Below, piece after piece: positions 55,158 to 60,369 of a stretch of 60,369 bases of DNA. Source of the stretch: a virus. Lineage: Duplodnaviria; Caudoviricetes. Each line of letters begins with the position of its first letter. The first letter of the stretch is position 1. The position numbers and the translations under genes are program-made. The notes under the pieces were generated by a model. The model saw only the letters and a program-made list of their open reading frames with translations, ran no database searches and was not told the DNA's origin. Location: the IMG/VR virus record IMGVR_UViG_3300013133_000005, positions 1 to 60,369 of that record; one strand, 5' to 3'.

Positions 55158-56207
55158 ATGGTGGTCATACCATTCAAGCGCTTCATCATAACGCTTCTGC
55201 TCTTCAACAAGAGCATACCATACATCGTCGACAAGCTCAAGTCTTTTGGGTACCACGTCGAAGATGCTGCAGTTGGCGTGATATTCAAAGAGCTGAAGGA
55301 CACGCTGCCCAGTTCAATCAAGTCTTTGATTGAGAGCGGTACTTCACTTGACCCATCGGATGAGACGCATAAACAATGGCTTGAACACTTTGGTATACTG
55401 GATTTCTACGATTATATCAATTCCAGCGGCAAGCGCTCCGATGGATCTCCGCTGTATTTCAAGTGGTTTGACGACTGCATGTGGATTCACACCTACCGTG
55501 ACATCATGTGCCTTGTCAACATCTTCTTGTTCAACGGCGAGCCGCCAGACCAGATATCGGATGTTGTCCAGTTCAAATACAAGAAGAAGATTGGCGTCGA
55601 TGCGATAGGCCGATACCAATCAATATTTTGGAACACAGATGGCATGACGGCAAAGGATGCCGTTGAGTCGTGTATTCCATTCCAGGACAACTCTGTCATC
55701 GTCCGAAGCATACGGAAGGGCAGTGAAAAATTTCTACCTACTGAAAATGAACCGTCCAATGATGGTTCAGACATAGGGTTCGTCTTCCATGATTCTGAAT
55801 ACATCAAGTGGAAGATCGGGTACCGCTCAACCAGGGTCCCCGGCACGGCCGATTTTCTTGACCAGGTAAAGCGGGATTCGTACTTCAAATACTACGAATC
55901 CATGAACGCGACTCAGAGCGTAGAGTCAGAGGAGTCCACTGGATTCAACGACAAGATCGGCGAATTCAGCCAGAAGATGACTCGGTATCGCAACCTTGAA
56001 GAACAGCGGGCTAAGCTTGCAGGAAAATGGCTTGAAACGTTCTTGAAGGCCGATAAGGGCAAGCCGCCTGAGAATATGGATAAAGACGACTTCTTCGAGC
56101 GGATGCAGCAGGTTGAGCTTGAGTTCTCTGAGTTTACAGATGAGAAGATCGTCAACATCAAAGATAACCCTGATGTCATCAAAGACATTAAGGGCGACAT
56201 GCAATGA
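55158..56207 (+). CDS. hypothetical protein, positional candidate for terminase small subunit
   Basis: 349 aa, overlaps the terminase start (ATGA). Confidence 0.55.
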   Translation: MVVIPFKRFIITLLLFNKSIPYIVDKLKSFGYHVEDAAVGVIFKELKDTLPSSIKSLIESGTSLDPSDETHKQWLEHFGILDFYDYINSSGKRSDGSPLYFKWFDDCMWIHTYRDIMCLVNIFLFNGEPPDQISDVVQFKYKKKIGVDAIGRYQSIFWNTDGMTAKDAVESCIPFQDNSVIVRSIRKGSEKFLPTENEPSNDGSDIGFVFHDSEYIKWKIGYRSTRVPGTADFLDQVKRDSYFKYYESMNATQSVESEESTGFNDKIGEFSQKMTRYRNLEEQRAKLAGKWLETFLKADKGKPPENMDKDDFFERMQQVELEFSEFTDEKIVNIKDNPDVIKDIKGDMQ

Positions 56208-57871
56208 ACATTTCTCCTGTTGCATTCGCAACAAGCGTGTTTCGTATCAACGGCATGCCAATGCATATGCCGCCAGATACAATGCGCCACCTGTTTCCTA
56301 TATACAATCGTAAATCAAATGCACTGCTTCTCAAGTTTGGCAGACAGACCCATAAGTCTACCACCATTGGCAACAAGCTTACATTGCCATGCCTGAAATA
56401 TCCAAACTATCACGCCCTGTACGTTGCGCCCACTGGAAACCAGGTATCGGTTTTTTCAACAGACAAGCTTGACGGAACACTGCGCGGATCAGAAATCATC
56501 AGCAACCACTATGTAGACACCAGCACCAAAGACCAGGTGTACTACAAGGAAATGGTCAACGGAAGTCGCATCTATCTCAGATCGGCCTTCCACTCTGCTG
56601 ACTCAATCCGTGGAATATCTGCTGATGAAACGTGCCTCGATGAGATACAGGATATGATCAGTGACCATATCCCGGTCATCGAACAGTGTATGAGCCACAG
56701 TTTGGCCAAGTATGAACAGATGAAAGAAATTCATCCTGGCCTGCCAATGCACCTGTTCAACAGCCGCATATACGCAGGTACTCCGAAAACAATGGAGAAT
56801 ACGCTTGAGAAGTATTGGGGCAACTCAAGTCAGAATGAGTGGATCATCAAGTGTACCCATTGCAACAAATGGAACTACATCAATGAAAACAACATTGGTC
56901 CGACATGCCTGATATGTAACAAGTGCGGTAAGCCGATCCATTATCAGGATGGGCGATGGATATCCATGAACCCGGAAGGGTTTATTGATGGATACCGGCT
57001 TCCTCAGATTGTCCTTGAGTGGATCAACAACCCAAGGAATCCAGAAGCTTGGAAGATCAACGTCATCAACACCCGCAAGATTTATTCGACTGAGAAGTAC
57101 TTCAACGAAGTTCTTGCCCTTCCGTACGCCAACGCACGCCATCCGCTCAACATCATGGAGATCCGCGCCGTATGCAAAGACAGTATTGAGGTCATCGAAC
57201 CAGAACGTGCCTTTGGTCATCCGTTGATATCCGATCTTCCGAAATACGCAGGAATAGACTGGGGCAAAGGGGATACGGCGAACGGGACATCGTATAGCAT
57301 GATTTGTATCGGCACGTTCATCAACAGTCGATTCAGATTGCTGTACATGAAGCGATACTCAGGAAGAATGTCAGACCCGCTTCTCCAGGTTGAAGACATG
57401 CTGAGGATCATCGAACAGTATGGAGTCACCCTTACACTTGCCGATACCGGGGACGGGCGTACATCGAACGCTATGATGGTTCAGAAGCTGACCGCTTCAA
57501 AGTTCGGCGAAGTCTATGAGCACGCGACACTGAAGCAGAAGATCAAATGGGACAGGTTCAAGGGAACCTATCTCATCAATCGCACAAGAATGATGACCGA
57601 CATCTTCATGCAGATCAAGCGTGCTGAGGTCGACTTCTTCAATTACGCGTCATTTCAAGACTTCTCCGATGACTTCCTTGGCATTTATTCCGAGTATAGC
57701 GATCGAACCAGGCTGACCAAGTACGACCACAACATACCAGACGATGCCTTCCACGCGTACATGTTCTGCAGGATGGCGGCCGGCATACATCGTGGTGAAT
57801 ACAACAAGTATCTTGTTGGTGGTATGAATGAAGACCAGTACGCCGAAGACACCCACAGGGTTCTGGGGTAA
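56204..57871 (+). CDS. terL: terminase large subunit (GpA-like)
   Basis: FGRQTHKST Walker A, IRGISAD..LDEIQD, GTPKT, Zn finger, GIDWG nuclease, PDDAFHA. Confidence 0.88.
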   Translation: MNISPVAFATSVFRINGMPMHMPPDTMRHLFPIYNRKSNALLLKFGRQTHKSTTIGNKLTLPCLKYPNYHALYVAPTGNQVSVFSTDKLDGTLRGSEIISNHYVDTSTKDQVYYKEMVNGSRIYLRSAFHSADSIRGISADETCLDEIQDMISDHIPVIEQCMSHSLAKYEQMKEIHPGLPMHLFNSRIYAGTPKTMENTLEKYWGNSSQNEWIIKCTHCNKWNYINENNIGPTCLICNKCGKPIHYQDGRWISMNPEGFIDGYRLPQIVLEWINNPRNPEAWKINVINTRKIYSTEKYFNEVLALPYANARHPLNIMEIRAVCKDSIEVIEPERAFGHPLISDLPKYAGIDWGKGDTANGTSYSMICIGTFINSRFRLLYMKRYSGRMSDPLLQVEDMLRIIEQYGVTLTLADTGDGRTSNAMMVQKLTASKFGEVYEHATLKQKIKWDRFKGTYLINRTRMMTDIFMQIKRAEVDFFNYASFQDFSDDFLGIYSEYSDRTRLTKYDHNIPDDAFHAYMFCRMAAGIHRGEYNKYLVGGMNEDQYAEDTHRVLG

Positions 57872-57874
57872 GCT

Positions 57875-58216
57875 ATGCCATTCAAATCAAAAGCACAGAT
57901 GCGGATGATGTTCGCGAAAGAAGAGCGTGGAGAAGTTGTCAAAGGTACTGCCAAGAGGTGGGCCAAAGAGACCAAGAATATCGACAATCTTCCAGAACAT
58001 GTCAAGCAGGCTCAGGTCATTCAATTGTTCACAAAGCTGGCCGAACGCCTCATTAACACTCGGCCAGTTCCGGCAGCCATAGCTCTTCAAAAAGCTTCTG
58101 CCGCAGAGAGGGATCGTAAGCAAAAGGGGATGAACATAGTTGAGTACCGCAATTACCTTGCTCAAAAACGCAATGTGGTAACCAAAAGCTCATCGCCAAA
58201 AGGGACGCCACATTAG
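57875..58216 (+). CDS. conserved phage protein
   Basis: MPFKSKAQMR...AKRWAKET..LPEHV motif typical of large phages. Confidence 0.65.
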   Translation: MPFKSKAQMRMMFAKEERGEVVKGTAKRWAKETKNIDNLPEHVKQAQVIQLFTKLAERLINTRPVPAAIALQKASAAERDRKQKGMNIVEYRNYLAQKRNVVTKSSSPKGTPH

Positions 58217-58626
58217 CCTGGAACAATCAGGCCGGACGGAGCGACCTTCATGTCGTGTGATGCTGCATATTGCTTCTTGTGGATACCGAGGGTCTGGTCT
58301 GCCAAACTGACCGAGTCCTGTCCTTTGTGCCGCAGAGCTGCCTCGCTCAGAATCTCCTGCACCGTCTTATCAAACAAGTCTTCGTACCACTCGACGCTTT
58401 TCTGGTATTCGGCCAGATTAGCTTTTCTGAATTCGTGGATCAGGTTGCGCTTGACGACAACCAGGACATCGAGCGGCATCCTGTCCCCACGGCTGATCTT
58501 CAATTCGAAAAGCTTTGCGACATACGCCTTGAAGATATCAACGAGAAGCTCATGTCTGTCAAGCTTCGGGTCTGCATTGATTACCGATTTGACCAGCTCT
58601 TCCTGGAAGTTGTATTCATCGCTCAT
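58213..58626 (-). CDS. hypothetical protein
   Basis: Start MSDEYN with SD AGGAGG. Confidence 0.6.
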   Translation of the reverse strand: MSDEYNFQEELVKSVINADPKLDRHELLVDIFKAYVAKLFELKISRGDRMPLDVLVVVKRNLIHEFRKANLAEYQKSVEWYEDLFDKTVQEILSEAALRHKGQDSVSLADQTLGIHKKQYAASHDMKVAPSGLIVPG

Positions 58627-58692
58627 GAGCGGCCTCCTTAGGGCTGTCGGTAATATACGTTTGCATTTCGCATATGGCAAGCTGGTATTTTG

Positions 58693-58721
58693 TTGATGGG
58701 CGGTTGATTACATGCTATATT
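58693..58721 (+). promoter_or_regulatory. sigma70-like promoter
   Basis: TTGATG-N17-TATATT with TGn extension. Confidence 0.5.
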
Positions 58722-58739
58722 TGCGTTAAGAGGACGAAT

Positions 58740-59012
58740 ATGAATAAGATTGCCATGGCTTCATTCCGCAACGAGTTGGAAAAGAATTCATCACTCGGGT
58801 CATTGATGGCTACCAATGTGATGCCATTCCTGCATAAGCCAATATCGATAGTTGGCGGGTCGTTTAACAAATACTTTCCAACGTTCAAGAAGGGTTTTGC
58901 TGGACTTGGAAACGCCCTGGCAATGGGAGCAACTGGCGCTGCTGGAGTTGGGGCGTACGCGCTCTATAAAGGCATGAAAGAACCACCAGAAGTAAACATG
59001 AGCGGATATTGA
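58740..59012 (+). CDS. small putative virion protein
   Basis: MNKIAMASFRNELEKNS; Gly/Ala hydrophobic segment. Confidence 0.6.
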   Translation: MNKIAMASFRNELEKNSSLGSLMATNVMPFLHKPISIVGGSFNKYFPTFKKGFAGLGNALAMGATGAAGVGAYALYKGMKEPPEVNMSGY

Positions 59013-59013
59013 C

Positions 59014-59844
59014 ATGGAACTTATCGATTCCATCAAACAGGTTGCTCACCGTGCTGCAGAAAATTATCTGCTGACCGGCAACAGTATGAATGATGTTATC
59101 TTTCAAGCGTACGTCGCTGGAGAGATCGAAAATGATGAAATTCTCAAACGAGTATGTGAGCAGGCTAACCAGAATGTTTACCTATCCCTGTTCAACGATT
59201 CATCTGTAGATAAATCCAACATACAATTCGAAATGGCCGATTGGAACGAAATACTTACCAACATCAAGCAAAGAGAGATCGAAATGAAAGAATACGACAC
59301 TCCTCCGGTTGACTTCAGAACACAGATCAATCCTCGCGTCGTCGAGTCTGAAAAAACCGCAGAGGACGCATCTGTATTCAAGAAGCTTGGATCTCTGCGA
59401 ATAATGGTGAATCTCAAGGACAGGATGGAGAAACTCGCGAGAGATTTTGAATCCATGCGTGTATCAGAAGTTGGAAATGCCGAAGAGGCGTTTACAAAAA
59501 TGTCTCATGATGCGCGCGTCATGGTTGCCAATAACGAATCGATTGGCGACATGGCAAAGATTTCTGCAAGGCTTGCTGTTTCTATGGGTCTTGGTTTTGA
59601 AAAGGTTGCATCTGCATATAGTATTATTCAAGCAGATCTGCATAAGCACGGGTTTGTCGTTAACAGCGAATTCACTAAGCTGTCATCCATGACGATAAAC
59701 GATCAATCTACAATACTTGAACCGGTTAAAACCTTCCTTCTATCTATTGAAAAGGCCGCCGCGTTCAAGGCAATGCACGATCGGGCCGAAGGGGTCGCGT
59801 CCAAGATAAGTGAATCAATCGCCAGGGAAATGGCTAAGTCATGA
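59014..59844 (+). CDS. putative virion/head assembly protein
   Basis: 276 aa; KRVCEQANQNVY; many K-x-A/S motifs. Confidence 0.6.
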   Translation: MELIDSIKQVAHRAAENYLLTGNSMNDVIFQAYVAGEIENDEILKRVCEQANQNVYLSLFNDSSVDKSNIQFEMADWNEILTNIKQREIEMKEYDTPPVDFRTQINPRVVESEKTAEDASVFKKLGSLRIMVNLKDRMEKLARDFESMRVSEVGNAEEAFTKMSHDARVMVANNESIGDMAKISARLAVSMGLGFEKVASAYSIIQADLHKHGFVVNSEFTKLSSMTINDQSTILEPVKTFLLSIEKAAAFKAMHDRAEGVASKISESIAREMAKS

Positions 59845-60369
59845 GTGTGAGCAATGTTGGAATAGAGGCCAAGATAAAGCTCCTCAAGGGAGTTGCCGAC
59901 GCCATTGAAGACTCGCCGGTGGAAGACAATTTGTTGAACAGAACGCTTCTCGCTGGTGTTACTGGCGGCACGACATTTGGACTATCAAGAGCATTCGGGC
60001 AGAAAATGCCAACATCTGTTGCTCTTGGGATTGCTGGTCTTGTGTCTGGATATGGCGTATTGCCTCTTACCCATATGATCAGGAACAATCAAAAAACCTC
60101 AATCATCAAGAAACAGATGCACAAAATGCATGACGCAAGTCGAGACGTATTCGACAATGCAAGTGCGCCAATTAATGAGTTGTTTGCAAAACGGGCCGGG
60201 CTTGGATGGAACACCGTTAGGGGCGTCGGCAAACTTCTTGGTGGCGCTGCAATTTTTGGTGGAAGGCAAATATGGAAAGGCTTGAAGCCTGCCGCAAAGG
60301 CTGTATTGCCTTCCGGTAAAACGTATATGCCACCACATAGATTGGTTCGAGGGGCTGTTGTGAAAGGAA
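59841..60369 (+). CDS. 5' part of a gene running off the window
   Basis: ATGA overlap at 59841; frame open to the window end. Confidence 0.6.
   Translation, partial: MSVSNVGIEAKIKLLKGVADAIEDSPVEDNLLNRTLLAGVTGGTTFGLSRAFGQKMPTSVALGIAGLVSGYGVLPLTHMIRNNQKTSIIKKQMHKMHDASRDVFDNASAPINELFAKRAGLGWNTVRGVGKLLGGAAIFGGRQIWKGLKPAAKAVLPSGKTYMPPHRLVRGAVVKG

Noticed and set aside
1-60369. CRISPR array
   Set aside because: No repeat-spacer periodicity found; the Cas4-like domain is part of a phage exonuclease fusion

Overview
This is a 60 kb segment of a large, jumbo-like dsDNA tailed phage genome that uses the standard genetic code. The + strand mostly carries virion and packaging genes: a portal with a Zn-ribbon insert, a GpA-type large terminase, a baseplate/spike-like gene and many K-x-A/S-motif proteins. 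It also carries a single-chain RNA polymerase beta-beta' fusion with a LAGLIDADG intein right after the catalytic DFDGD. The - strand carries replication/recombination genes (primase-MCM helicase, SNF2, DinG, DnaQ+PD-(D/E)XK, SSB-like, VRR-NUC), tRNA-Pro and tRNA-Gln, and several self-contained cassettes that start at a recurrent 21-bp motif and end at U-tracts. Stand-outs: (1) a retron-type RT operon (DHH phosphoesterase, RT with a Cys-rich insert, catalytically degenerate RNase H, Arg-rich protein) with two inverted-repeat-closed structured RNAs lying DOWNSTREAM of the RT; (2) a phage-encoded ubiquitin-like operon (two E2-like proteins, JAB, E1, tandem Ubl); (3) a promoter plus an RBS-occluding hairpin inside the RNAP intein; (4) two tandem small-RNA cassettes. 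All calls come from reading motifs by eye; no database searches or folding programs were run.
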